A stretch of DNA of 64,000 bases from a virus, in IMG/VR virus record IMGVR_UViG_3300049324_000053; one strand, written 5' to 3'. A program made the position numbers and the translations under genes. The notes under the pieces are model-generated. The model was not told the DNA's origin. It saw nothing but the letters and a program-made list of their open reading frames with translations, and did not search any database. Positions 1 to 9,936 of the stretch are shown here, piece by piece. Position 1 is the stretch's first letter. Every line of letters starts with the position of its first letter.

Positions 1-61
1 GTGGCCGGGCTCTGTGCGAGCCGGCCACCGGGCCTGGTTGGTGCGGGGCGATGCGGGTGGT

Positions 62-1159
62 TCAAGCCTTCACGGAACGGCCGAGCTGCGCCAGCCCGGT
101 CATCGCCAGTTCCAGCGCCGCGCCGGCACGATTCTGGGACACCTGCAGGATCTCGCTGTACGTGTCGGCCTGGTCCAGCAGCCGCTGATACTGGCCGGTC
201 AGTGCGGCGTACACCTTCGCCGGGATCCGCTCCCGGCCGCCGAGCTTGGCGATCTCGTCGAGCAGCCCCTGGATCTCTTTTTCGACTTCGTCCTCGAACG
301 CGGTCATGAGCATCTGACGCTGTTCGGGCAGGTCCAGCAGCGGCAGCTGATGCATGCTGCAGCCGGGGATACGGGTCAGCACCGATTGCAACGCGTCGAT
401 CAGGGCCTGATGAGTGGTGTGCACGTAGTACACGCCGGACGCGGGCTTCACGCTGATGGCTTGCATGCCCTGGCGCAGATAGGTGCGCACCACGGCACGT
501 ACCGCCTGGCCCTGCAGGAAGCTGCGCAGCTGCGTGTACCGCAGGTCGAACGCGTCGAGCGCGGCCTGCACCTGGTCACGGTCGACGGCACCCATCGGTA
601 CGGGCGCGACGGCAACGGGCCGGTTGTCGGGGCCGACCGCTTCGAGCAGCGAGTGCATCTCGGTGCGCACGTGGTGCCGGTTCGGGTCGCGGCGGCCGGT
701 CATGGGGTCGTTCGCGCCGCGGAACAGGCGCAGCGTGGCGACGCGGGCGGTGGACACGGTTGCGGAGCTGCCGGTGTCGACCAGGTCGCGCATCACGTAC
801 CGGATGATGACCTCCTCGTCGGCGTGCACCTCGACGACGCGCAGCCGGGCGTTGCCCGCGGGGTGCGCGTACGGCGGGCGGCGGTTCATCTCACCGCTGG
901 CCGCGCGGAAGCAGTCCGTCGGCTGCGGTAGCCGGGGCAGGTACTTGCCGTCGAGGCCGGCGTCGGCGAACCAGGTCGTCAGGTCGGCGTGCGACACGAT
1001 GCCGCCGTGTTCGGGGATCGAGAACCAGGTGATCGTGCCGAGGATCATCTCCGGGTGCGCGCGCAGCATGTCGAGGCCGGTGCGCGTGTAATCGGCCAAC
1101 TGTGTTTCGGGCTGTGCAGCATTCGTGCTGTTGGACGGTCGTTCCTCAGTGACGGTCAT
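62..1159 (-). CDS. DUF6744/DUF3150-like phage/ICE protein
   Basis: 365 aa; 'LGTITWFSI' N-terminus, 'GVYYV', coiled C-terminus; AGGAGG RBS; next to an AAA-VWA pair as is typical for these families. Confidence 0.55.
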   Translation of the reverse strand: MTVTEERPSNSTNAAQPETQLADYTRTGLDMLRAHPEMILGTITWFSIPEHGGIVSHADLTTWFADAGLDGKYLPRLPQPTDCFRAASGEMNRRPPYAHPAGNARLRVVEVHADEEVIIRYVMRDLVDTGSSATVSTARVATLRLFRGANDPMTGRRDPNRHHVRTEMHSLLEAVGPDNRPVAVAPVPMGAVDRDQVQAALDAFDLRYTQLRSFLQGQAVRAVVRTYLRQGMQAISVKPASGVYYVHTTHQALIDALQSVLTRIPGCSMHQLPLLDLPEQRQMLMTAFEDEVEKEIQGLLDEIAKLGGRERIPAKVYAALTGQYQRLLDQADTYSEILQVSQNRAGAALELAMTGLAQLGRSVKA

Positions 1160-1339
1160 GTGGTCCTCCTGTTGGCGCCTCGGATGAAATCTACCTCTGA
1201 ACGGTCGTTCATCGCTAGAGATTGTGTGAATCGTTCGGGTGAAATATGCGGGCTACTTGCACAGACATTGCACGGCAACTGCATGGCAGACACGGGACGT
1301 CTGCGGGAACACCGCCGAAAGACGGCAGAAAAAGGGCAC

Positions 1340-1381
1340 AAAAAAAGTGCCATGCCTGCACGAGAAGTGCAGGCATGGCAC
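1340..1381 (-). terminator. Intrinsic terminator of the Ku-lig-AAA-VWA operon
   Basis: 15-bp perfect stem GTGCCATGCCTGCAC-GAGAA-GTGCAGGCATGGCAC followed by T7 on the minus strand, just after the VWA stop. Confidence 0.85.
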
Positions 1382-1385
1382 ATGT

Positions 1386-2963
1386 TCAGACCAGCCGGTA
1401 CAGGTCTGCGATCCGTTCGATGTCGGTCAGGTCGTCGATGCGCCGTGTCTGGTCGGCCAGCGCCTTGAGCACCGGCGTCACGCTCGCCGCGATCGACACG
1501 GTGAACAGCCGGAACCCCAGGCGCGTCTTGGTCGCCGCGAACTCGGTGGCGAACGCGCTGGCGGCGTTGATGTCCCACTCGCCGTCGGTCAGCAGCACCA
1601 CGTCCGCGGCGACACCCGGCTTGCCGAGCGGCCCCTCGATCAGCGCTGCCGCCTGCATCAGCGGTGCCGGCAAGTTCGTACCACCGCCGAACGTGTGCCC
1701 GGCCCACTCCAGCAGCCCGTCAAGGTCGGCGTCGGTGCGCCCACCGGGGAACTGCCAGCATCGCTGTTGACTGAAGCTACTGAAATTGATCAGAGCGAGA
1801 TCCCGGCGGCCGGTACGCGCCGTGTCCGCAAGCCCGAGCGCTATTGCCTTCGCCCACGCCTCCCGCATCACCCCACCGAGGTGTTCTTCCATCGACCCGG
1901 ACGTGTCGACCAGCACGATCAGCGCACCCTGCCCGGCACGTTCCACCCCGGCGTAGGCCCGCGTCAGCAGCTGCCCTTCCCCGAGGCGTGCGAGGAAGTC
2001 CAGGCGGGTGTGCCGGTTGGTCAGCGCCACCAGCTCGCTGCCGAGCACATCCGGTAGCCGGTCGGACAAGTCCACCCCGATGACCTCGTCACGGCCGGTG
2101 ACCACTTTGCGGGCCCGTTCGGTGTTCGCGCGTACCCGCACCCGGCCGATCAGATCCGCGAACTGCGCGAGGCGATGCGCGGACAGCTTTGCCAGCAGCG
2201 CCGCCCGCTCGGCGACGTCCACCGTGCCGCCCGCGCCCGGGTCCACGCCCCACGCTGCGAGCAGCGCCTCATGCGCCGCCAGCTTCGCGTCAGCAGCTTT
2301 CGCCGCCGCGTTCACCGCGGCCCGCATCCGGCTGGCGGCCTGCGCCGGCAACCCCTCGCTGGCAGCGTCAGCCTCCTCGGCAGCATCCAACGCCTGCGCC
2401 AGCGCTTCGACCGCATCCTGCCCGGCCGGTTCACTGCCGTCCGCCGGCGCCGTCTCGGTGCCGTCGCCGGAGGTGTCGGTCTGCTGTTCGGCTTGCGCCA
2501 GCGCCTCGGTCAACGCCGCCGCCGCCTGCTCGGCCGCCGCCGCCTGCCGCTGCTGATGTTCGGCGGCCGTCGACAGCCGTTCGGTCAGCACCGGCGCCAG
2601 CGTCAACGCCCCGATCGCCGCGCCGTACTCGTCGTGACGAGTACGTTCCCGTAGCTCCTGCACCGCGTGCAACTCGGCCAGCTGTCCGATCGCCGCTCGG
2701 TTTACCTGATAGCCGGTGGCCATCGCCGTCGGGTCCGCCAGTTGCGGCGCACCCTGGTACAGCAGCGCCAGTAGATCCGTCACCAGCTCCGGTGCATGAT
2801 CGTGCGCTTCGGCCAGTTCATCGGTCAGCGTGGCCAGGGCCGGAAGACTGTCCCGCAGCTCGGTCAGCATCCGTGCATCGAACCCGGTCGTGACCACCGC
2901 CTGCGTCGCGGTGCGTGCCGCCCGCCGGCCGAGGAACGCCCGCGCCCGGTCCAGCAGACTCAC
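1386..2963 (-). CDS. VWA domain protein (ViaA-like)
   Basis: MIDAS VDTSGSM, GGGTN, LLTDGE; start overlaps the AAA stop. Confidence 0.9.
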   Translation of the reverse strand: MSLLDRARAFLGRRAARTATQAVVTTGFDARMLTELRDSLPALATLTDELAEAHDHAPELVTDLLALLYQGAPQLADPTAMATGYQVNRAAIGQLAELHAVQELRERTRHDEYGAAIGALTLAPVLTERLSTAAEHQQRQAAAAEQAAAALTEALAQAEQQTDTSGDGTETAPADGSEPAGQDAVEALAQALDAAEEADAASEGLPAQAASRMRAAVNAAAKAADAKLAAHEALLAAWGVDPGAGGTVDVAERAALLAKLSAHRLAQFADLIGRVRVRANTERARKVVTGRDEVIGVDLSDRLPDVLGSELVALTNRHTRLDFLARLGEGQLLTRAYAGVERAGQGALIVLVDTSGSMEEHLGGVMREAWAKAIALGLADTARTGRRDLALINFSSFSQQRCWQFPGGRTDADLDGLLEWAGHTFGGGTNLPAPLMQAAALIEGPLGKPGVAADVVLLTDGEWDINAASAFATEFAATKTRLGFRLFTVSIAASVTPVLKALADQTRRIDDLTDIERIADLYRLV

Positions 2964-4147
2964 AACGCCACCATCGTCTCGGCGGTCTTACGGGCCGCGG
3001 GCTCCTTCATCCCCAACGAGATCATCAGCACGTGTGTCTGCACCGTCATCAGCAGCTCACAAGCAGCCGTGAACCGGCTGTTCGTACGGGTAGCGGCGTC
3101 CACCTCGGCCAGAGCCTCGGTGAACTTGCGCAGCTGTGCCTGCGCATCACCGGCCCACGCGGAACGCTTCTCGCGCGCCAGACCGTCCTGTTCGGAAAGC
3201 TGCCCGTACAGCACGTCGAGTGCGTCGGCGACCTCACCGATGATGCGCAGCTGCGGGTCGCCGTGTGCGTTGACCAGCTCCCGGACCGCAGGCAGATGTG
3301 CCGGGTCATCCCACAGCACATGCACCAGTACCGACAGATCCGCGGCGGCGACCGTGTCACGTCCCGACAGGAACGCCTGCGCCTGCAGCACCCGCACACA
3401 CATCGCCCACCGGCGGTCCGACGGAACGATCCCTTTGCGAGCCAGCCCGGTGCGTAGCGTCCACAACGTCGAGATGATCGCATCGGGGATGCGCACGGCA
3501 GGCACCAGCACGTCAGCGGCGGTGTGTAGTTCGTCCAGCGTCACCGTCGTCGGTGTTGTCGTGGCGGTAGTCGCGGCGCGGGTCAGCAGCCGCGCGAACG
3601 ACCCCGGTTCGCGCACATAGTCGACCGTCAGCCGGATCGTGAACCGGTCCCACACGGCTGCCAGTTCGGTCTCCAACAGTTCGTTGCTGGCCGAGAACAT
3701 GCTGATCAGTGGCAGGTCACGCCAGCCGGCGCCGTCGTTGAACCGGCGTTCTTCCATGACCGTCAAGTACGGGTTCACACTCGCTGGTCCCGCCTTGCCG
3801 ATCTCGTCGACGAACGCGACATCCGCATCGACGAGGGTGTCGGTGGTGCGCCGCACCCATTCGCCGGTGGCTTCGAACCGGGCGATGTCGATCGGTCCGA
3901 AGCTTTCCTCGCGAGGCAGCTGCCGATCCATCAGCACATGCCAATACCGCGCGTCGACGACACGTGCCGTCAACGCGCGGACCATCGCACTTTTACCGGT
4001 GCCGGGCGGCCCCAGCAGGAACGCGTGGGAGCGTGCCAGCAGTGCCACCGTCAGCATGTGCAGCGCCTCGTCGCGTTCGATGAACTGCCCTGCCAGTTCG
4101 CTGATGATGGTTGTCAGCTTCGAGGCCGTCGTCTGCGTGGTGATCAT
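2960..4147 (-). CDS. MoxR/RavA-family AAA+ ATPase
   Basis: GPPGTGKS, FVDEIGKA, ASNE, WDRF, SDRRW; ATGA overlap with the ligase stop. Confidence 0.9.
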   Translation of the reverse strand: MITTQTTASKLTTIISELAGQFIERDEALHMLTVALLARSHAFLLGPPGTGKSAMVRALTARVVDARYWHVLMDRQLPREESFGPIDIARFEATGEWVRRTTDTLVDADVAFVDEIGKAGPASVNPYLTVMEERRFNDGAGWRDLPLISMFSASNELLETELAAVWDRFTIRLTVDYVREPGSFARLLTRAATTATTTPTTVTLDELHTAADVLVPAVRIPDAIISTLWTLRTGLARKGIVPSDRRWAMCVRVLQAQAFLSGRDTVAAADLSVLVHVLWDDPAHLPAVRELVNAHGDPQLRIIGEVADALDVLYGQLSEQDGLAREKRSAWAGDAQAQLRKFTEALAEVDAATRTNSRFTAACELLMTVQTHVLMISLGMKEPAARKTAETMVAL

Positions 4148-5091
4148 GCTGCCGCCTCGATTCGGGGAACGTCGACCAGCTGGTCGATCGTGCAATCTAC
4201 GGGCGCGATGTCGTCGCGCAACGACAAAAAAACGGGATGCCGTGGCATCCCGGATGGTTCGAGCAGCGCCGACACGCTGATCTCTGCGACCTGCAAGCGT
4301 CCACGATCAATCCCGGCACGGACCCGGATCAACTCTTGGGTTGACAGCCCGGACCCGACACGGCCGAACTCGACCACACCGGCCGGGCCGACCAGCGCCA
4401 GCTGCAGCGCACCGAACGTCGCCGCTCGGCTGCCGTTGCCTGCTGTCGCACCGACGACGACCGCCGACACCCGATGTTCAGGCTTGAGTTTCACCCACGC
4501 CCCGGATCGTCCCGGCGCCCACACCGCGCTCGGCGCTTTGGCGACCAGCCCTTCGAGGCCACGCCGGGTCACGAACCGCCATGCGGCAGGTCCGTCGTGA
4601 AACTCGCGCACCGGCCGCAGCCGGATGCCGCGCAGCTGTAGCGCTCGCAGTGTCGCCGATCGGACCCGCTGTGGGGTGCGCCGCAGGTCCGCGCCGTCCG
4701 CGACGAGCACATCGAACGCGCAGTACGCCGCAGGCCACCGCCGCGCCGCCACCGTGATCGCCGCCGTGCTGGCCTGCGCATCACGCCGATGGGTTGCCGC
4801 GAAATCGGGCTTGCCGCCGGTGAACACGACCACCTCACCGTCCAGCGTCCAGACGCCGGCCGGGAACTTACGCGCCAGTGACGCGGTGATCTCCGGGAAG
4901 CGTGCGGTGGCGTCGAGACCGCGCCGGCCGGTCAACGTCACCCGGCCATGCTCGACGTGCGCGACCATCCGCACCCCGTCGTACTTCACCGAGAACAGGT
5001 AACCGCGAGACGCAAGCACGTCGATCGCCTCGGGGATGCTCGGCGCGATTCGCCGATGGCTCTCGGCGAGCATCACCAGCGGGGCGTTCAC
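4144..5091 (-). CDS. Minimal ATP-dependent DNA ligase (adenylation + OB domains)
   Basis: Motifs KYDGVR, LDGEVV, FDVL, EGLVAK, WVKLK, GRVGSG, RHPVF. Confidence 0.93.
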   Translation of the reverse strand: MNAPLVMLAESHRRIAPSIPEAIDVLASRGYLFSVKYDGVRMVAHVEHGRVTLTGRRGLDATARFPEITASLARKFPAGVWTLDGEVVVFTGGKPDFAATHRRDAQASTAAITVAARRWPAAYCAFDVLVADGADLRRTPQRVRSATLRALQLRGIRLRPVREFHDGPAAWRFVTRRGLEGLVAKAPSAVWAPGRSGAWVKLKPEHRVSAVVVGATAGNGSRAATFGALQLALVGPAGVVEFGRVGSGLSTQELIRVRAGIDRGRLQVAEISVSALLEPSGMPRHPVFLSLRDDIAPVDCTIDQLVDVPRIEAAA

Positions 5092-5927
5092 GCCGACACC
5101 GGTGCCTTACGGGCACGTGACTTGCGCGCCGCACGCGGCTTGGGGGCGGCGGCGGCCTGCTCGGCGGCGGTCTTCTCGGCCACCGCTGCGGTCAGCCGGT
5201 CCAGCAGACTGGTCACCGTTGCGTCCGGCCCGCTCGTGTCCGGCGCGCTACCGGCAGCCACCGGCGTGATCGCGGCGAGCGCCGCATCGAGGGCCGCCGC
5301 ACGGGCGTCGATGTAGTCGGCCTCGTTGAACGGGGTGCACGCCGCGTCGGCGAACGCCTCGACCGCTGCGAGCAGTGGCGACGCCGCAGGCAGGCTCGGT
5401 GCGGCGGGAGCCGCACGCATCTGCTCCGGGCGGGCCAGTGCCGTCAGCGTCAGCACGCCGCGCGCCACTCCGAGCCGGTAGAGCCCGACCCGGGAGCGCG
5501 GTGCCCACTGGGCCAGGAATGCCAGGTCCGGGCGAGTGGCCACCAGCTGCGCGATCAGCGCGTACGCGGTGTCGGTGCTGGCGCGCGCCTTGAGGTGGTA
5601 GACGTTGCCCGCCGCGAGCAGCGTCACGTCGTCGGCGCGATGCACCGACAGCGCGATCCGCTCCTTCAGTTCCGGTGCGACCGGCGCGAGTGTGTCGGCG
5701 GGGACCAGCACCAGTGTGCCGTCCGCCAGTTCGCGAGCCGAGGCGAAACCGTGCCGGTCGGCGGCCTGGCAGGTGGGGCACGCGACGGACTGACGAACCC
5801 GGATCGGATCGTGCCCGGCGTCGCAGACGGTGTGCAAAGACTCCGGGGTGCTGACGGCGGCCTCGACGTCGATCAGTGTGCTGACGACCTCGGCCAGCTG
5901 GAGTGTGACCTTGACGCGGACCGCCAT
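5088..5927 (-). CDS. ku: Ku-like DNA end-binding protein
   Basis: Ku-like N-terminus, 'RVRQSVACPTC' Zn knuckle, basic C-terminal tail; coupled to the ligase. Confidence 0.7.
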   Translation of the reverse strand: MAVRVKVTLQLAEVVSTLIDVEAAVSTPESLHTVCDAGHDPIRVRQSVACPTCQAADRHGFASARELADGTLVLVPADTLAPVAPELKERIALSVHRADDVTLLAAGNVYHLKARASTDTAYALIAQLVATRPDLAFLAQWAPRSRVGLYRLGVARGVLTLTALARPEQMRAAPAAPSLPAASPLLAAVEAFADAACTPFNEADYIDARAAALDAALAAITPVAAGSAPDTSGPDATVTSLLDRLTAAVAEKTAAEQAAAAPKPRAARKSRARKAPVSA

Positions 5928-6035
5928 GATGACGGCCTCCCTTCGTGATGGGCGTTTAGATTAGCGCACCTGTATGTCAGAGTACGCGAGCAAGCTCCGT
6001 GACGCAGCGTGAACCGCTACGCCATCCGGGTGAAA

Positions 6036-6245
6036 TCAGGGTCGTTCAACGACCGTTGAGGGAATGCCCGTTGAGGGAATGCCGGCCTCGACTTGGGCAA
6101 GGTGCGCCGCGCCGGCCCTTTTGGCGTCCGCGTGATAGGCGATGCCCTCGTACACGATGCCGCACGAGCAGGTCACCGTGTAGGTTCCTTCGCCATGCCA
6201 GCGCAGCCCCGAGATGCTCCAGGTGTGACTGGCGGCGTCGCTCAT
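6036..6245 (-). CDS. Small hypothetical protein (CxC/H)
   Basis: Coupled in the minus-strand array. Confidence 0.55.
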   Translation of the reverse strand: MSDAASHTWSISGLRWHGEGTYTVTCSCGIVYEGIAYHADAKRAGAAHLAQVEAGIPSTGIPSTVVERP

Positions 6246-6508
6246 GCTGCCACGACCAGCGGCAGATCCGCGTGCTCCAGATACGCCGCGAACCGGCGCA
6301 CCGTGGCCTCGGCATCCTCGACGGTGTCGTCACACGTCCACGGCGCCCGCATCGGACTCGACTCGCACCAGGCGCCCGTCACCGCCGACCGCAGCCGGAA
6401 CATGAGCGCCGGCGCCGTCGGCCGCCAGGAAATCTCGTGCACCGTGCCGACCGGCACCGTCCACGACCACACCACCCGTTCACCGTCGTGACGTCGCTCG
6501 ACGAACAT
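6242..6508 (-). CDS. Hypothetical protein
   Basis: RBS; coupled in the array. Confidence 0.6.
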   Translation of the reverse strand: MFVERRHDGERVVWSWTVPVGTVHEISWRPTAPALMFRLRSAVTGAWCESSPMRAPWTCDDTVEDAEATVRRFAAYLEHADLPLVVAA

Positions 6509-6517
6509 CGCCGCTTC

Positions 6518-7216
6518 CTAGGCGATCTCGTGCAGCAGGTGCGCGATCAGCTCGTCGCGGGTGTCGAAATACCGGTCCTTGTCGTCGCCGGGCGACAGCG
6601 GGTACAGGTACGCCGGCCACTCCTGCGCGCGCATCGAACTGCACACCCACCGCAGCTGTCCTGACCGAAGGCGCCGCGTACCGAACGACACCTCCTTGCC
6701 GCCTGGAACCGCCGAACCACCCGGCAGCCCCGACATGAGCACCCAGTGCTCACGCAGCACCGGCCGCACCGTCACGTCCGCCGGGCAGATCCCCGCGGCA
6801 CGCATCGCGGCCACCACCGGACCCACCAGGTCACGCATCAGCAGGTGCTGCTCGCCGTCGAACTGCCCGAGCCCGCTCCACAGCACATCACCGAGCAGGG
6901 CGTACTGCACGAGCATCCCCGCACGCTGGCCGTCCAGTTCACCGTTCGCGCCCCGGCTGGCGTATGCCGCACTCGCTCGGCCCGGCGTGACCGGCTGGTG
7001 GTACGGGTCGGCCAGCGCCGCAGCCAGACCGCGCGCCATCGTCGCCGCAGTGATCGTCCATGTGCGCGGCGGGTTCTCCGTGTCGATCTGTAGCTGTGCG
7101 CCAGTCCCGAACGGCTGGTATGTCCACATGTCGGTCCAGGCGCACCAGCCGGACTCGACTGCCAGCGCCAGGAGATCGGCGTCGGTCAGCGCCGTTGCCG
7201 TCGTCTCGGTGCTCAT
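6518..7216 (-). CDS. Hypothetical protein
   Basis: ATGA overlap with the upstream gene. Confidence 0.65.
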   Translation of the reverse strand: MSTETTATALTDADLLALAVESGWCAWTDMWTYQPFGTGAQLQIDTENPPRTWTITAATMARGLAAALADPYHQPVTPGRASAAYASRGANGELDGQRAGMLVQYALLGDVLWSGLGQFDGEQHLLMRDLVGPVVAAMRAAGICPADVTVRPVLREHWVLMSGLPGGSAVPGGKEVSFGTRRLRSGQLRWVCSSMRAQEWPAYLYPLSPGDDKDRYFDTRDELIAHLLHEIA

Positions 7217-7449
7217 GACGCCGACTCGATACGCACGATGTGTCCCGCGCGGGTGACCACTTGCACGTCGACGTCGCGCCACTGCGAGTTGGTGATCTCG
7301 TAGTTCACTGCCGCGTCGGGCTCGGTGAGTGCCGCCGTGTTGTCGGCGAACACCACCCGGTACTGCGGGTTGCCGTTCTTAGTGTTGTTCAGGCGCACCA
7401 GCGACGCGATGCGCGCCACTGTGCGAAGTTCGGGTGCTTGCGTGCTCAT
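7213..7449 (-). CDS. Actinophage-like small protein (RLNNxxNGNP motif)
   Basis: GGGGAAG RBS; 78 aa. Confidence 0.65.
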   Translation of the reverse strand: MSTQAPELRTVARIASLVRLNNTKNGNPQYRVVFADNTAALTEPDAAVNYEITNSQWRDVDVQVVTRAGHIVRIESAS

Positions 7450-7505
7450 GTTCTTCCCCTTCCAGGGCGTTGAGGTCGGTGAGATGGTCGTCGGGTCCGG
7501 CGCGC

Positions 7506-7883
7506 TCACGCGCTCGCGGCTTCCTGTTCGGGACCGTTCGGGTGCGCCTGCCGGTAGGCGTCGATGACCGCGTTCGGCAACGGTCCCTGCGAGGAGACTT
7601 CCATGCCCTGACGGATGGCCCACGCACGCATCCGCGCCCACTGCCCGTCGCCGCGGACGCGCTGGCGCTGCCGCTGCGTTGTGGAGCGCACGATGTGCGC
7701 CGGGGCTTGCGGTTCGAGTAGTGGCCGGGCCAGCGGAACCCAGGGCGCCAGCGCACTGAACATCTCGCCGGCTTCCTCCTCCGTCAAGTCGATCTCGAAC
7801 CCGTGACCGGGACGTCCGAGCTGGTAGCGCGCCGCGGGAGACTTGCCGGACAGGTCGCTGATGATGACCAGACGTTCGGCCAT
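7506..7883 (-). CDS. lsr2: Lsr2-like nucleoid protein, variant AT-hook
   Basis: 'SDLSG', 'FEIDLTEE', 'MRAWAIRQGMEVSSQGPLPNAVIDAY'; AAAGGAG RBS. Confidence 0.85.
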   Translation of the reverse strand: MAERLVIISDLSGKSPAARYQLGRPGHGFEIDLTEEEAGEMFSALAPWVPLARPLLEPQAPAHIVRSTTQRQRQRVRGDGQWARMRAWAIRQGMEVSSQGPLPNAVIDAYRQAHPNGPEQEAASA

Positions 7884-7909
7884 GGGGGTGGCTCCTTTCG
7901 TGTTGAGGG

Positions 7910-8188
7910 TCAGTAGCCGAAGTCGAACGTGCGCCCGACCAACGTCGGATCGCTGCATGCCGTGACGATGACGTCGTACCAGCTGTCGCCTTCGATATGG
8001 CTGGTGCCGGTGAACGGGAAGATGTGACTGTAGGACCACTCGTCCTGTTCGTCTTGGCCTTCTTCCGGCGCTGGCGGTGCGGGGATTACCTCGTTCGTGA
8101 CCCGCGTGTAGACCGTGCCGCGGTCGTAGATGTTCTCGATGTCCAAGCTGATCGTGATCGTTGCTGTGACGGTGGCCGTAGCAGTCAT
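7910..8188 (-). CDS. Hypothetical acidic protein
   Basis: Coupled to the ruvB-like stop. Confidence 0.65.
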   Translation of the reverse strand: MTATATVTATITISLDIENIYDRGTVYTRVTNEVIPAPPAPEEGQDEQDEWSYSHIFPFTGTSHIEGDSWYDVIVTACSDPTLVGRTFDFGY

Positions 8189-9159
8189 CGGGGAGTCCTT
8201 TCGGCGAGCAGCGCGGTGGCGCGACGGCGACCGGTCGCGGTGAGCACCCGGCCCTGCTTGGTGAATGCGATCATCCCGGCGTCCGAGAGCAGCACCTCGG
8301 TGTCCGACAGGCCGCCGGGCTCACGCAGTATCTCCGTGAGCGCCGCCTTACCGAGCCCCTCCGGTGTGGAGCGCAGTGCGATCAGATACCGCTGCGCAAG
8401 ATCGGTCAGACCGTCCTCGGTCAGCCCCATCCAATCGAGCACCACGGTCAGGTCGTAACCGCTCTCGGCATCCCAGTTCTTGCCATCGCATCCGAGAGAC
8501 TCGTTGAGCAGGTTGTTGAAGATCGTCGCGATGCGGCGCGGGTTACGCACCGCAGCGCGGGCCACCCGTTCACACGTCGGCAGGTTCGGTGCCGGCAGGT
8601 TGGTGCCGACGAACATCGTCGTTCCGGTCAGAAGGGCGATCGTCACAGCTTCGGGCTCGGTGTACGGCAGCAGTACCGGCCGCAGCGGGAACCGATCCAA
8701 GATCGGCACCGGCAGCCGTCCGACGTCCGTCGTTGCCGCGATGACCGTGATCTTCGGCATCTCCTCGGCGCCGCACGGCCCCATCAGTACGCCGTCCTGC
8801 AGTAAATGAAGCAACCACTCCGCGTTCTGCTTGCCGCCGTTCACCAACCTGTGCACCTCGTCGATGAACAAGATCGAACCGTCCTGCATGTCGCCGATCA
8901 GGTAGCGCGCCTCGTTCAGCGTCATCTTGCCGCTGACCACCTCGCACGGCACGCCCATCTCCTCGGCGATCAGCAGTGCAAGTGTCGTCTTGCCCAGACC
9001 CGCGTGACCGCTGGCCAGCAGCGTGTGATCGAGGCGCCGTCCACGGGTCTTCGCCGCGTTGATCGCTGCACGCAGCTGCGCCTTCGCTGTCGTCTGTCCG
9101 ACGTACTCGTCCCAGCTGCTCACGTACTGGCCAGTTCCGGCCATCATTGTTGATGTCAT
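8185..9159 (-). CDS. ruvB: RuvB-like Holliday junction branch-migration ATPase
   Basis: WDEYVGQ, LDHTLL-SGHAGLGKTT, LFIDEVHRL, AATT, LDRF, C-terminal 'TKQGRVLT'. Confidence 0.88.
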   Translation of the reverse strand: MTSTMMAGTGQYVSSWDEYVGQTTAKAQLRAAINAAKTRGRRLDHTLLASGHAGLGKTTLALLIAEEMGVPCEVVSGKMTLNEARYLIGDMQDGSILFIDEVHRLVNGGKQNAEWLLHLLQDGVLMGPCGAEEMPKITVIAATTDVGRLPVPILDRFPLRPVLLPYTEPEAVTIALLTGTTMFVGTNLPAPNLPTCERVARAAVRNPRRIATIFNNLLNESLGCDGKNWDAESGYDLTVVLDWMGLTEDGLTDLAQRYLIALRSTPEGLGKAALTEILREPGGLSDTEVLLSDAGMIAFTKQGRVLTATGRRRATALLAERTPR

Positions 9160-9202
9160 TGCGGCCCTTCCAAGGGTTCGATAGGCGTCTGTGGGCTTGT
9201 CG

Positions 9203-9766
9203 TCATGACGTTGCCTGCACACCGAGCAGCGCGTCGATGCCTGCGAGGCGTTCGAGCAGTCGCGTCCGTTCGGCCAGCAGCGAGGCACGTTCGTCGTCGG
9301 CGGCGGCGCGCACCTCGGTCGCCGTGCTGTCGCCGCCCAGCAGCGATATCCGCTTGATGGCGTCGAAGCGCACCGGGGGGTGGCTGTCGATCAGCACGCC
9401 CAGCGTGCCGCGCGTGGTCTTCGTGGTCATGCCGACGACCGTGCCCTCATAGATGTTGTCCGAGGCCGTCAGCACCTGCACCGTGCGTCCTATGAGGGTC
9501 AGGATGTCGATCGGGGTCGGTGCGCCCTCGTGCACAGGCTCGGGCGGCGGCGGCGCCTCGTAGGTCAACTTCCCGCTCTTGAGGGCATCGATGGTCAGCG
9601 AGGCGTCGACGCTTTGCAGCTCGTACTTCCAGTTGCGCAACCTGATGTCGATGTTGTTCGCGTGCAGTGCGTCCTCGACGTCGGCGAATCCGTTCTGCTT
9701 GGCGAGCCGCTCCAGTAGGTGCATCTGCGGTTCGGTGACCAGCTTCGAGCCGATCTTGCCTGCCAT
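9203..9766 (-). CDS. Hypothetical protein
   Basis: 187 aa, RBS. Confidence 0.7.
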   Translation of the reverse strand: MAGKIGSKLVTEPQMHLLERLAKQNGFADVEDALHANNIDIRLRNWKYELQSVDASLTIDALKSGKLTYEAPPPPEPVHEGAPTPIDILTLIGRTVQVLTASDNIYEGTVVGMTTKTTRGTLGVLIDSHPPVRFDAIKRISLLGGDSTATEVRAAADDERASLLAERTRLLERLAGIDALLGVQATS

Positions 9767-9883
9767 GTCGTTCCTGCTCTCGTGTTGTCGGGTGCCGTTG
9801 AACGGCCGTTGAGGCGACGTTGCGTGCGTTCATGATATCGCATATTAGCGGGGAGTGCAGTAGCGTAACCGTGCTGTTACCGA

Positions 9884-9921
9884 ACGCAGGCCCGTTCAAC
9901 GCTCGTTGAGCGGGCCTGCGT
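9884..9921. terminator. Intergenic hairpin, probable terminator
   Basis: ACGCAGGCCCGTTCAAC-GCTC-GTTGAGCGGGCCTGCGT, just downstream of 9937..10230. Confidence 0.6.
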
Positions 9922-9936
9922 CGATGTTCGGGTGGT

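Noticed and set aside
4144-5091. Full LigD
   Set aside because: At 315 aa it has no polymerase or phosphoesterase domain.
6054-6083. 15-bp tandem repeat CGTTGAGGGAATGCC x2
   Set aside because: It is a simple in-frame duplication (GIPST x2) with no further support.
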